This document shows positions 21,101 through 31,313 of a DNA stretch of 64,000 nt, piece after piece (position 1 is the stretch's first letter; the number at the start of each line of letters is the position of its first letter). Source of the DNA: Epithemia pelagica (Eukaryota > Protista > Bacillariophyta); contig OX337242.1 in the NCBI GenBank assembly GCA_946965045.2, positions 620,001 through 684,000 on the forward strand, given 5' to 3'. The notes under the pieces are model-generated. The model did not search any database. It was not told the DNA's origin and saw only the letters and a program-made list of their open reading frames with translations. The position numbers and the translations under genes are program-made.

Positions 21101-23563
21101 GGCAATTTTGAAAAGTTCCAGATAACTAACGACAGGGGCAACATTGTGGAAGAGTTCAGTCCGGGTATCACGACATCCGAACCCCCACCAACGAGCAACG
21201 ACAATGAAGAGAGTCTCTCTGTGTTCAAGGCCACTGGTGCATTGGTTGAGGAAGAGATTGTGTTCATTCCGGACACTTCTGCTGTAGAAATAAGTGGCAA
21301 GCATCTTCTGGTTCTGGTCTCACTGCAATCATTTGACCGGGAGGTGGTTGCGAACCAGCAACGAACCATTGAGGTTTTGGATTCGAGCGGGGTCAAATAT
21401 AAAACATTGGATGGGGCGAACCCAGACTACGTCGCGAGAAGAAATGAACTGTTCGACATATCCGGTATACGGGCCAAGTACCCTCAGTTTTTCATTGTCG
21501 AAGATGATAAGACAACAAGGTTTTGGGGTGACTGGGAAAAATTCCAGAGCAATGACATTTCCGTCGTACTCTCGCAAGAGTCGGATGAGGAGACTCCATC
21601 TCCCACCGAGTCCTTGGATAAGGAGCCTACTCCAGCTGATCCTGTACCCTCCGAAGCTACCGAACCGGAGACTCAAGTGGACACTCCTGTCGCTGAAGAG
21701 GCGACGTCAAGCAGGGAAGAAGAAGCTCCCGTTTCCGCCGATGAGAGTCCATCAGAAGCAAACGCACCTTCGTCTGATGATATTTCTGGTGAAAGCAATA
21801 TGGAATTGCCGGTGAAACAGAGCAATACACCCACATCGACAGAGAACACAGAAACCACGGATGCAAGCAGCACGGCCCAAGAGTCTTTGGCAATCTCCAG
21901 TGACATTCAAACACCGGAAGAGAAGGTGTCTGTTCAGGCAGAGTCGAAACCTCTAAATGACGATTCCACTTCAGATCCACAAGAGGCAAGTTCTCCTGAG
22001 ACGTTGCCTGATACACCCTCCACTGCCACTACCGATATGGCTGCCAACAACCCACCCCAAGCATCGGCTCCAACCGTGGCAGACCCAACGACAGAAGTTG
22101 TTGAACCGATTCCGGACGCATCCATGGAAGCAGAATCAGCGACGCCGGTGCAAGTCTCGAAGGAAAAGACTCCCGAACCAGTAGATTCTACACCCGTGGA
22201 ACCTGCACCAAAAGTCGAGTCCACCGAAGCTACTGTGGCTGTTGTTGCTCCGCCAGCTGCTGATGGAGAGGAGGCCTCCTCCACGACCACGCCTCCATCC
22301 TCGCAGGATAATGTCGACGAAGACGACAACAACAAGGGAACCTCCGTCTCGTTGATAGAAGTGGAGGTTGTGGAATCCTCCGAAACCGACATTGTCACCG
22401 AACGGGTAGTGGAACCCCTGGTTGACACGAATCTCGATGTCATTGTCGAAGAGTCGGAGAGTCCACCAGACGAGAGTGAATCCCCTGGTGAATCCTCCCA
22501 GCCCCTCGTGGTTGCACCCAAAGAGGACGTCACACCACCACCCGTGACACCTTCTCCTCCTCCTCCTCCTTCCACCGTGCCCTCCACCAAGACGGCTCCT
22601 GTTGCTCCAGCACCTCCACCAGCGCCAGTTGTGATAACGACCCGAATTCAGGACTCGGCGTCCAAGGTGATCCAGGGGCGACATTTGGTTGTGTTGGTGT
22701 CGTGTCAACCGACTGATGTGACCATGGCCACTCGTCAAGAGGAAACAATCAATCTCCTGGATGCGCATGGCATTCAATACAAGACGATTGATGGATCCAA
22801 TCCGGCCAACAATTCCCAAAAGAATGAACTCTTTTTTTCCTGCGGAGTTCGTGCTACCTCCAAGTACCCGCAAGTGTTCAAACTTCGAAGCGACAAGAGC
22901 GCCTCCTATTGGGGCGATTGGGAGACACTGGACAAACTCCAAAAGCAAGGTGACCAACCAGTGGCAGAGGAATTTGCCTCCTACATTGACGCCTCCCGAA
23001 TCCCCGAGAAAAAGGCCGCTCCACCACCACCGGCGACCAGCAGCAGCAGCACCACTACCATTCCGACCAAGGGAACACATGTCTTGGTGTTGATTTCCAG
23101 TCAATCGACGGACCGCGAGGTCCAGGCCAATCAAATGTTGAGTGTGGCAGTCCTCCAGGCCAAATCACTGAATCATGTCACCTTGGATGGATCAGACCCG
23201 GCGAATAAAACGCGGGCCAATGAACTCGTGTTCTTGTCCGGCAGTCGTCCCCACTATCCCCTCTTTTTCCTGTTAAAAAATGGCAAGGCTGACTTTTGGG
23301 GTGGATGGGACAAATTTCGCAAGGTGAATCAAAGCAATGGTATTGCGCAAGAATTTCGACGGGCCAGCTCCAAGGAAACCTTGGAAGCCGAAGATGCTCC
23401 CACGCACAATAGCAACAACAACAACCACCACAAGGTCCGGGCCAATCGCCGAGCCTCTCTGGCGGCCGCACCCCTTCCACTCAAATCACCCACCAAAAAA
23501 TCGGCCAATGATCGCATTGCCTTGACCACCGATGTGTGGCGAAGCATGAATTGTCCCTTGTAA
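15176..23563 (+). CDS. Giant 2795-aa acidic protein with nine SH3BGR-like thioredoxin-fold domains
   Basis: Single uninterrupted ORF. Nine copies of L(V/I)L.S.QS.DREV.ANQQ....LD.N.(I/V)KY..LDG......RNELF..SG.R.KYPQFF......(F/Y)WGD(W/F)EKF, which aligns by eye with SH3BGRL3 (SREIKSQQSEVTRILD..PPQI..YCGDYELF). Long E/D/T/S/P-rich spacers. Confidence 0.85.
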   Translation: MDTLRDKTMNESASANIALVASPTSNNTASTTTTPKEDATHNNDKDATPAILMDPVKPVLPKEEPEDPTTLKATVSPETKDAETTDVNQQPPQQEQQQEQQATPSAPPQESLSSSSVPTTVDESQQETAVVALSVNGEGATTASAIAEHQQDETKASSSSSSLEGASTTTTTTTTEPLLTAAASTDSDATTMAQAQAQAQAQAQAQAQAQAQAQEQSQEQQEQHSEPDNNNTQTTTTTSATSTTEPEAQPPQNDSTNQQPPPLPSTTTPAATTDAVEETANLDSKDDVETVQKSSTIQDDAVEEAAPVATTDAVEESPNLDNKDDEETVPESSTIQDDAVEEAVPAATTDVVEETSNLNNKDDAETVPESPVQNQTAEEETPAAMTDAVKESPNLDNKDDADMAQESSTIQNQAVGEEAPAATTNVVEETSNLDKDDAEIVQEPPVQNQAVEEETPAAPTDDVEETPSLDKDDAEIVQEPPVQNEAVEEETPAAMTDAVEQTSNLDKDDAQIVQESSTIQDDAAEEEAPAATTDVVEQTPSLDKDDAEIAQESSTIQDDSVKEEAPAATTDVVEETPSVSKEENADMVQESSTQDQTVEEDTPAATTDAVEETVCLDKDTEDAQEAQEIVSNTNEENEAFTTQEPVEEGHNVSNPPIETDTNQDATDDTLVAETPDSLVENKTVNTKEESPTMSDAQEEETTAISPTAAESAEEPVAPSTETQLASNQNDSEQSTTQEATGISGDPQATVEESNGMDDSPSDMDSPETATEEALNGDGSQPASSSDALPEPNAQEESANETSQSPGGASDAAKEDPTPEDQVLPKPVEEETAGKDTPLAESDVQATNKVDHAIAPTDTATTTSSQEPVDQTDEGDGCVDHNEPIAVEITTSNETEGSVSKTVDTGVQNQESVEESTVGEVPKSDETEPEKGETLSNTEAQEVDGLTTDTQGESPSATKHPSSTADNDTKTETTDTLSRDESNDDSSLLDAPSSEQEATTDSASTTADQAVQQEANDAELVDSNAVTMQNNEVCESTDKDENEINVSKEDCIDSKKDSLSMLQNTEKTGTGEEIELPAPVPDVVCSPAIAAEASSSQEPTPTQEVMRNSMEAVGDTTSEPKSSSDEVDRSTVENTAPSEPAQDVMQSSSEPVSPSETPAEASKDDEGSSEANNDTIAVAEPLSSQPSAESTTEGSEATSNKKSGVSDTIKTIDDSQVTTEDTQETPTTADGLLVLLSLQSFDREVVANQQMTTTVLDNNGVKYDTLDGANADNRTRRNELFGISGIRAKYPQFFLVKGNSTTYWGDWEKFQMANDSRTIVDEFMKPFEKSSPTTSDAEPTADRAIPDEQGALIEDTSSLEIAEKHLLILMSLRSFDRDVVSNQKQTIAALDGNGVKYKIVDGADPDNRPKRNELFELSGIRAKYPQFFTVESDKTTKFWGDWEKFQMANENGAISDILNRLGTGDMSQRDDGVSKTSVPTAGTAVVADLSAVEIEGRHLLVLVSLQSFDRKVVANQQQVISVLNANKVTYKTLDGANQEFKTRRNELFEISGIRAKYPQFFTIENDRTTFWGDFEKFQLTNDSGKIVEEFSEPAAVQSTAPDTQPKPSEEPQDESEAPSSVVVDSSSLELEGRHLLVLISLQSFDREVVANQQQVISVLDANSIKYKTLDGANQDYIARRNELFETSGIRAKYPQFFMVESDKSTTFWGDFEKFQITNDRGDIVNEFSEPLPVESSPPSTQSTEQPQQEPEEPTAIVDSSSLEIEGRHLLVLISLQSFDREVVANQQQVISALDANSIKYKTLDGANQDYKARRNELFEISGIRAKYPQFFMVESDKSTTFWGDFEKFQITNDSGDMVKEFSKPLPVESSPPSTQSTEQPQQESEAPTAIVDSSSLEIEGRHLLVLISLQSFDREVVANQQQVISVLDANSVKYKTLDGANQDFKARRNELFEISGIRAKYPQFFMVESDKSTTFWGNFEKFQITNDRGNIVEEFSPGITTSEPPPTSNDNEESLSVFKATGALVEEEIVFIPDTSAVEISGKHLLVLVSLQSFDREVVANQQRTIEVLDSSGVKYKTLDGANPDYVARRNELFDISGIRAKYPQFFIVEDDKTTRFWGDWEKFQSNDISVVLSQESDEETPSPTESLDKEPTPADPVPSEATEPETQVDTPVAEEATSSREEEAPVSADESPSEANAPSSDDISGESNMELPVKQSNTPTSTENTETTDASSTAQESLAISSDIQTPEEKVSVQAESKPLNDDSTSDPQEASSPETLPDTPSTATTDMAANNPPQASAPTVADPTTEVVEPIPDASMEAESATPVQVSKEKTPEPVDSTPVEPAPKVESTEATVAVVAPPAADGEEASSTTTPPSSQDNVDEDDNNKGTSVSLIEVEVVESSETDIVTERVVEPLVDTNLDVIVEESESPPDESESPGESSQPLVVAPKEDVTPPPVTPSPPPPPSTVPSTKTAPVAPAPPPAPVVITTRIQDSASKVIQGRHLVVLVSCQPTDVTMATRQEETINLLDAHGIQYKTIDGSNPANNSQKNELFFSCGVRATSKYPQVFKLRSDKSASYWGDWETLDKLQKQGDQPVAEEFASYIDASRIPEKKAAPPPPATSSSSTTTIPTKGTHVLVLISSQSTDREVQANQMLSVAVLQAKSLNHVTLDGSDPANKTRANELVFLSGSRPHYPLFFLLKNGKADFWGGWDKFRKVNQSNGIAQEFRRASSKETLEAEDAPTHNSNNNNHHKVRANRRASLAAAPLPLKSPTKKSANDRIALTTDVWRSMNCPL
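15751..15816 (+). repeat. (GCACAA)n microsatellite encoding a poly-AQ tract
   Basis: About 11 tandem GCACAA units in frame within the giant ORF. Confidence 0.9.
15980..17035 (+). repeat. Coding tandem repeat, about 10 units of 36-38 aa
   Basis: Units of the form PAATTD(A/V)VEET..LD.KDDA..VQE....Q..AVEEE(A/T) repeated consecutively. Confidence 0.9.
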
Positions 23564-24941
23564 AATGATGGAACCACACAAGATCTGTTTCTCTCTTTCT
23601 CTCTAGAAACTATGTACTCTAGTAAATGGCACAGCCAGTTCCCTCTAGTCGTATCGATAGCCATGGAAACGATCCCATTTGGCTTCCATGGACCTATATA
23701 CTACTAGTGACAGTTATTCTAGATACAAAGGTCTTACCAACACATTTGCACACAGAGAGGGATGAATGATGGAGGGTGAGTTTCTCTCGTTTTACTCTCT
23801 CTGGTTTGTCCTACACCGCATTCCGTTCGAGGTGTGATCCCTGTGGGAGAGTGTCTGCCTCGTGCAGTTCATTTCTGCACCACCCAGAGCAACGTTTTTG
23901 GCATGGAAACCATGCACTCCACCGTCTCTCTCTCTCTCTCAACAAGCGTCGATTGCATCCTGCATCATTGGAACAACATTGGAACGAAACACATGGAGGC
24001 GAACGATAGCATGGAGAATCTCCGTAGTGTGGTAGGATTGTCTGCGATCCCACGATTCCACAACAACCACAATGATTGTCTGTGGTCACGATTCCTCAAC
24101 AGCAACAACAACAACATGTATTCGCGCAACTCGGGATCCTATTAGAATATACTATTATCACGAATAGATCACACAACTCCCGAATACGCCTCCGTGATTC
24201 CTACGAGCTCGTACTCTCGTAGTCAACTACGAGTAAGAGGAGGATGAGGATGGTACTATATATAGTTGTTGTTGCATTCGTTTGTCTCATTTTTTTCTGT
24301 TTCCAATGACAAACTCCAAAACAAAAGGGAGGACAAGCCCCGTGCGTTTGGGGCTTGATCGTGAATGACTTCTTGTTAAATGAGTACTTGCTCCCAGAAC
24401 GATTGTATGAAACGTAGTACACTGGAATGGTTGAATTCGTGACAGACGAAAGGGACTGAATTGTACTTTTGAATCTATAGTCAAACGTTACTGTACATCA
24501 TAAAGTAGTATCGGATACTTTTTGGATGATACCAGGACAATCGTGGTCCCTGCACGTATCTATTCCCCAACTAAACATCTGCATGTGTGGCCTCTCCACG
24601 ACGTCAAACATTCAACGGAGCCCTGCTATTCTTGTGTGTGGAGATAACTGGTTGGTCCGAGAGAAAAGTGGTAATAAAATTGTCCTTCATTCCCTCTTCG
24701 CTCTCTCTCGAGACGAGACCTTTTGTGTGTGTGTGTGGACTTTGGTCAACTCTCTCTCTCTCCGTTCGAGATTGTGAGAGTGTGTCATATTCCTGGCTCT
24801 CCTTGTTGTGGTTGCCCAACAGCGCCCTCCTTGTTGTTGTTGCCGGTCGTAGGAGCATTGGAGCGTGGATTGCAGCATCTCTTGCCCATTCTCTCGCGGT
24901 TTTCCTAGTATTAGTATTATTACTCTGTAACAATCGAGAGT

Positions 24942-27653
24942 ATGGAACCCTTGGTGCTCAAGAGTGGCAATACTCGTCCACCCGCCATGGCAGGTACTGG
25001 TGGTGAAGCATGGAATCCCGCGGCCGCCTTGGATTGTCCCACCACTCCCAGTACCACCACCAAAAGCAAGGCCAAACACAGCAATCACAAAAGCAACAAC
25101 AACAAGCAGCAGTCCTCCAATCTCAAATCTCCACCCCCCTCGTCCGCGAGTCGACGACGACGATCCTTGTCGCGACTCGTCATGCCTGAAAAAGAGGAAG
25201 AATTGGTGGGAGAAAAAACAACGGCCACGACCAGTTCGAGCAGTTTGGAAGACCTCCAACCACCACAGCCATCCGACCCTTCTACTCGCCACAACAGTAC
25301 CAAGAAACGATCGTCTTCCAAATCGGCGCGAGGACGACGACGGAGTAGTTTGGGGACTCCCGTTCTCAAATCCAAACCACAATCACAGTCGCAACAGTCG
25401 CAACAAGCACAAGCACAACCACAGTCCTCCCTGCATCATTCGTGGCAAGGTTCCGAACTCCTTCACCGCAACGACGACAACAATGAAGAAGAAGAAGAAG
25501 ATTGGAAACATTCGCATCGCAGCAATCGCACGACCCAATCGTCCAAAACGCCCACGACACCCACCACGACCGCCACCACCTTGACCTTGTCGCCCTTGCC
25601 CGCCACGACAACCTCCTCGCCACGGTCCAAAAAGACGTCGTCGTCCCGCAAAAAATCAAGTGGCAAATCCAATGAACTCGAGACCCCCAAATCCTCCGCC
25701 AAAGTCAAATCGTCCAAGAAAAAATCCACCAAATCACGATCCAAATCCAAGACGCGACGGCCTCCCTTGGCACCCTCCTTGGAACAAGCCGCACCCGCCG
25801 AAAGCAGTAATAGTGGCCATGGCCGACCCAAATTAGTCGACCCAGACGAAGCACAACAACAAGATTTGGAAGGATCCTTGATCTTGGACCATGCTCCCGA
25901 AGACGATCCAGAACAAAAGTCTACGAGCAAGCGACGGTCTCGATCCTCTTCGAAACTACGCACTAAGAAAGCACTCAAGAAACAATCGAGCAAACGCAAT
26001 TTTCACGATTCCATGCGATCCAAAAAGTCGTCGTCCTCCGTGTCGTCGTCTCTCAAGAAGGACAAGAACAAGGACCAGGAAGAAAACCACCAAGCACCAG
26101 AAGCCGAAGAATTACCGGAAACGGATCGCGAATGGATTGCCAAGACCCGGTCTCGATCCCGATCGCACGAGGCCAAGAGATCCTCCAAACAAGAAACTCG
26201 TGGTCGTGGTCGAAGACGATCGCTGTCGCGATCCCGAAGCAAAAAGAATCTCACCAACAAAAAGTCGTCACTGAAAAAGACCACGTCTTCCTCCTCTCTG
26301 CCACAAGAACAAGAACAACCAGAACAACCACCACCACTACCACAAGACGATCAAGATTGGGTGGCGGCTCGATTGGAAGAAACCCGACAACGTGTCGATG
26401 CCGAAGACACTCCCAAGGCAGCGGCGGCTCTGTCCAAACGCAAAAAGAAGAATAAGGACCAACCCGAACAAGAACCACCAGAACCAGCTCCCAAGCCGGC
26501 ACCACCACAACCCGAAGAGTCCTTGGACCTTTCGGTACCACCCTCCTTTGTCGGTGTCACGATTGAATTTGATCCAGCCGACGAAGATTGTTCCGTCATT
26601 ACCACACCTCGGCAAATTCGGGAAGACGACGATTATCATCCGTCCCGATCCCGTACGTCCTCCACGACCCAATCGTCCAGTATCCATCAAAATAACAAGC
26701 GTGGATTGGAACCGGAAGGATTGCACAATTCCGAACGCATGCATCGGACGGTATTCCTACCGGGATTTCAAACGGGATTGCCCGCCAGTCCAGCGCAACG
26801 TGGAGGATCGCGATGGAGGAATTTGCAATCGGTCCCCGAACAAACCACGGAAGAAGAGGGGGACCAACCGCCGTCGTCACGGTCACCAGAGTCGAAGGAA
26901 CAACCACAACCACAACAACAAGACATCGATCCTCATCACCCGCACCCAGAGAACAACACCAACAAGTCGGGAGAAAAGCCGTGGCCACCGGCCGTGGCGG
27001 CCGCCAAGGAATTGATTCAGCAACGCAAGCAGCAACAACAACAACAACAGTCAAGGCCGCCACCACCACTGCCATCGCAAGAACAACAACAAGTACGGGA
27101 AACTCCCTTGGTAGAAACCGTCACCTCGGACGACTCGGACCATTCCTCCCCCGCGTTGAAGGACGAAGCCAACCCGACGAGCAGCACTGGCAGCAACAAC
27201 AACAACAAGGCCTCTCGCACCAACCACACCAAGACGAGCCGCAGTTGTTTGGTCGTGTTGGTATTGGTGTCGAATCAAAGTTTGAATCGCACCGTGGTGG
27301 CAAATCAAGAGCGAGCCATTACCATTTTGGACAGTCTCAACCGGGTGCATGAAGATACCATTGCCTACCGATTGCTCGATGGGTCCGATCCCACCAATCG
27401 CGAAAAACGCAATCAATTGCAACGACTCGTGGCCGACTCGCCGTCCACAACAAGTACGGCTGCTGGCATGGAGTATCCCCAATTCTTTACCTGTCATGTT
27501 CATCATGAAGAATTGGATTCCATTTCGCAACAGGGCCGACATTGGGAATTGGTCACAATCGATCGGACCGAGCTGCTCTCGTACAAGGGCAATTGGGATT
27601 GGTTGGAACAGTTGCATGAAACGGGACAATTGAAAAAGGCGCTCATGCAATAA
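24942..27653 (+). CDS. 903-aa Lys/Arg/Ser-rich low-complexity protein with one C-terminal SH3BGR-like domain
   Basis: C-terminus LVLVSNQSLNRTVVANQERAITILD...LDGSDPTNREKRNQL...YPQFF...YKGNWDWLEQL is homologous to the repeats of the upstream giant protein. Confidence 0.8.
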   Translation: MEPLVLKSGNTRPPAMAGTGGEAWNPAAALDCPTTPSTTTKSKAKHSNHKSNNNKQQSSNLKSPPPSSASRRRRSLSRLVMPEKEEELVGEKTTATTSSSSLEDLQPPQPSDPSTRHNSTKKRSSSKSARGRRRSSLGTPVLKSKPQSQSQQSQQAQAQPQSSLHHSWQGSELLHRNDDNNEEEEEDWKHSHRSNRTTQSSKTPTTPTTTATTLTLSPLPATTTSSPRSKKTSSSRKKSSGKSNELETPKSSAKVKSSKKKSTKSRSKSKTRRPPLAPSLEQAAPAESSNSGHGRPKLVDPDEAQQQDLEGSLILDHAPEDDPEQKSTSKRRSRSSSKLRTKKALKKQSSKRNFHDSMRSKKSSSSVSSSLKKDKNKDQEENHQAPEAEELPETDREWIAKTRSRSRSHEAKRSSKQETRGRGRRRSLSRSRSKKNLTNKKSSLKKTTSSSSLPQEQEQPEQPPPLPQDDQDWVAARLEETRQRVDAEDTPKAAAALSKRKKKNKDQPEQEPPEPAPKPAPPQPEESLDLSVPPSFVGVTIEFDPADEDCSVITTPRQIREDDDYHPSRSRTSSTTQSSSIHQNNKRGLEPEGLHNSERMHRTVFLPGFQTGLPASPAQRGGSRWRNLQSVPEQTTEEEGDQPPSSRSPESKEQPQPQQQDIDPHHPHPENNTNKSGEKPWPPAVAAAKELIQQRKQQQQQQQSRPPPPLPSQEQQQVRETPLVETVTSDDSDHSSPALKDEANPTSSTGSNNNNKASRTNHTKTSRSCLVVLVLVSNQSLNRTVVANQERAITILDSLNRVHEDTIAYRLLDGSDPTNREKRNQLQRLVADSPSTTSTAAGMEYPQFFTCHVHHEELDSISQQGRHWELVTIDRTELLSYKGNWDWLEQLHETGQLKKALMQ

Positions 27654-28289
27654 TAAGTGTGTAAGGGCCCTAACACTACTCGTAAACTGCAAAAACGGGC
27701 CACTGGGAACCAATCTTATTATCTATATACGGCTACAAACACCAGCACGCAAAAACTGACGATGCACGTAAGTATCAAGCCATGGGCGTGGATACATAAT
27801 AAACTCACACACGCACATGCCTCGATTCCCGACAAGGATCCTTGCCGTGTGAAGCACCTCACCGAAAAGAAGAACGGGAACGTAAGGATACCTGTTGAAA
27901 GACGACGTACAATCTTTCTTTTGGACACAAACAACACGGAAGGACGGCTCTCTCTGATCCGATGGAACATTGGTCCATGGAAATACCGAGTCATTTTCAT
28001 TCCAGTTTCCTTTTGTGTCCAGAACAATAACCATTATTTGTGGGACTAACCAAGAATATCTGTATTCTCTGTAGTAGTCCCATTTGTCCCATAGGCGAAT
28101 GGGATCCGTCGACTGAACCAAGTTGGATGATTGGGACGCCAGTAGAGTGCCTGTGAGTCTCATTGCCTCGTTGTAAATCGCCCGCTCCCTTTCTTGGTTC
28201 CATAGGTCCGTTCACACCGTGGCAGGATGAGTTGTGTTGCGGAGGCCAGGCTTGTCCATTCAAAAGGCGAACCCAAAGGGCCAAGGGGA

Positions 28290-30103
28290 TTAGTTTGGAT
28301 TCAGCAAAATCTTGAGATCGTCTTGATCTAGATAGCCACCACCATCGGCATCCAACTTGTCAAATTGTTGATGCAATTCTTGGAATAATTCCTCCGATAC
28401 CAATTGCATTTCCTTGAGCATGAATTCCACATACTCTTCTCTCGAAACCTTGCCATTGTGATCCGTGTCCATTTCCACCAATCGATCCACATTGAGCTCT
28501 CGTTCCATCAAGGACTTTTGGAATCGTTCATGTCGTCGATCCAAGAGAGCCGATGCCACATTCCCCAATACTTCTCCGGCTGCCGAAACGGCCAAGGGAA
28601 CAAAGAGAATGGCCCAAATTCGACCATTGCGGGTCAGGGGGGACAAGTCGCCATACCCCAATGTTCCAGCCGTTATAAAGGTATAGTAAAGGGCGTCAAT
28701 CATGGACCAACCCTCTAGGTGACCCATGAATATGCCTCCCAGGGCCAATGTGGCAAAGGCCGGAATGGACTTTTGGAACAACCGTCGGACTGCCGAAAAC
28801 CAAAAGGGCAAGGGTGGTACCGGCTCGGACACGACAGCAACGTCGTTGGTCTTGGTTTCAGTGTCGTTTCCCTCCGCCATTTCGTCTTTCATGACAGTAG
28901 TAGGACTAGGTGTAGTAATGGAAGTGGTACGTTTCTTGTCTTTTTGCTCCATGCGTGCCTGCAAGAAATGCAACAAACGCCTTTGACTGGCATCCTTGGC
29001 GGCTTGAATCATGGAGTTTTCTTGTTGGACAAATCGGCTACCAATCGTTCCAATGGCAATCCCCAAAATCGAAATACCAGACAAGCCAAACAAAATGGTA
29101 AAAAGCTTGCCACCCGTTGTGGTGGGACAAAGGTCGCCATAGCCCACACTCGTAAAGGTGACCACTGGACACACAATCAAGGCACAAAGCATGTATAGTA
29201 CCGATAGTTTAGTCGTTTGAGTTGCACCATGGCCAACGGATCCAAGCCAGCAACCTCAGAGAGGCAGCTCGCCAATTAAAGCAGGAAAGCTCACGTACCT
29301 CCAAAATACAAGGCATCCACAAGACTCCACCGTTGATCCTTTTGCAGTACGGTGGAGCTGTAGGACACGGCACCCAATGCGAGATAGACTGCAATGGCAA
29401 TCATGGATTCCTTGAGGGAAAAGCCCATGGCCATTCTCTGAGAGGATGACAATGAGTTTTTCTTGCTGCTACTGTCCTTGTCATGTTCCGAAGGGGGAGA
29501 TTCCAAGATTAACCGTCGGAAAGTGGGGAAGGGCAATGTAATGCCCTGGAACAACAAACGAAAGAATTTTGTGACTGGTTGGCCCCGCCACGTAATGACG
29601 AGAGATTCATCATGGTTCGTTTCGTTCCCAAGTGCCGAATCAATCATCACGTCACGGCCATTCTTCATGTCTCCACCTCTTGTGGACTGAATCGCTTCAT
29701 GGATGGAGGTACCATTGTTTGAAGCAGTGCTGCCCGAACTCGGTTCATGGTGTTGTTGTTGTAGTGCATGCCTTGGTACAGACGCTGGTTCAACCGACCA
29801 CCCGTGCCTCAATCGGAATACCGGACTCCTTGTAAAGGCAGCAATCTCCCCGATGTGGTAGATTACACCAATCAGGACGAACAAGTCAGGGGTGACACGT
29901 GAGAGTCGGGCAATCTTCATGGTGGGAAGAAAATCTTGGGGGTATCTTTGACGAATCTCGAAGAACTCTGTTGCTAGCATTGCTATGTGCCACGTGCTGA
30001 ACGCGACATCTATTGTGTCTCTCGCTGTTATATAGAGGGAAAAGGGAAAAGCTCCTATTGTCCTGTTTCGTATTCGATGCTCCCGGGGGGTACGCATCTC
30101 CAT
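28290..30103 (-). CDS. Two-pore K+ channel (TPK/KCO-like) with two EF-hands, 2 exons
   Basis: Exons ?-29299 and 29164-28290, intron 29298-29165 (GTACGT...CAG). Filters TSVGYGD and TLGYGD. EF loops DTDHNGKVSREE and DADGGGYLDQDD. Start codon uncertain. Confidence 0.9.
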
Positions 30104-30569
30104 CTCTGGATAGCTTCTCTACCTACTCTCGTAATATGACACTCTTCTATGAATAGAACTGACGAATGACGAGGTTCCCATAACCAGAGCAACGCGACGG
30201 CAGTCTCATCTGCACTATGACTATTTTATCTCTCTCCAGCACAAGAAGAAGGTCTCACTTCCGCATAAGAATTAATTCGTTTGGTCACGGGGTCTGTTGT
30301 TGCAGTGTATCCTCGACCACTAAGCAAAATTCATGGGAAGGAAGGGACGGCTCATAAGGATAATGGATCTCTCTACTAGGAGTAGAAACGAAAAAGAAGT
30401 GATAGTCCGTCCATCCTGCATATGGACAGGACATGAACAACAATTATGGTCGGATCAGCAAACGAATACATTTAGTGTTCTCTCGTTCACCAATGCGAAA
30501 TAATTGTTTTGTAACGATTCGATTCTCATGGAAATTGTACCTTGTTTCCGCCCATCCTCCATCTAATTC

Positions 30570-31313
30570 CTAGCAACAACCCGCGGCCTTTTCCTTGGCC
30601 TTGGCCGCCAAGTCAATGCCCCTCTTGTCACCATTGACTCCACTGTCGTTTGCCCTTGACATTCTTTGTCGAATAAGTTCACCTGCCATTGTGAGAAAGG
30701 CTTCTTCCACGTTTTTGGCACTCTTGGCCGAAGTCTCAATGAATGGAATACCCAGCTCGGTGGCAAACTCTTGTGCTTGTGCCTCCGTCACGACACGGTC
30801 GGCTGTTCGATCACACTTGTTGCCCACCAGTAGCTTTACCGTGCCTTCCGCAGCGTATCGATTGACCTCCTTGAGCCAATCATTAACGTGATCAAAGGAT
30901 TCGGTGCTGGTTACATCAAACACCATAATGATGCCATCTGCGCCACGATAATAGGCCGAGGTGATTGTTCGGAAACGTTCCTGACCGGCTGTATCCCAAA
31001 TTTGTAGTTTGACCGTCTTTTTATCCATCTTTACAGTTCGAAATCGGAAATCCACCCCAATGGTGCTTATGTAGGATTCGGTAAAGGCATCGTCCTGTGT
31101 ATAACAAAAAGGGATAGAAACGTACAATAATATGGTTCATATCGCATGAGCAACATCATCCATGGTGTGTACATGAGAAAAGGATTCCATTCCGATACGC
31201 ACCGCAAATCGAAGTAAAAGACAGGATTTTCCTACACCACTGTCACCAATCAGTACCAGCTTGAATAAATGATCATAATCTCGTTGCTGTTGTTTCGACG
31301 ACGACGCGGCCAT
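30570..31313 (-). CDS. RAB1: Rab1/Ypt1 small GTPase, 2 exons
   Basis: Exons 31313-31203 and 31094-30570, intron 31202-31095. Motifs [28 protein letters not shown] and ETSAK, with a C-terminal CC prenylation motif. Confidence 0.97.

Noticed and set aside
15980-21150. Regular repeats as a possible CRISPR-like array
   Set aside because: They are in-frame coding repeats without unique spacers, in a eukaryotic context.
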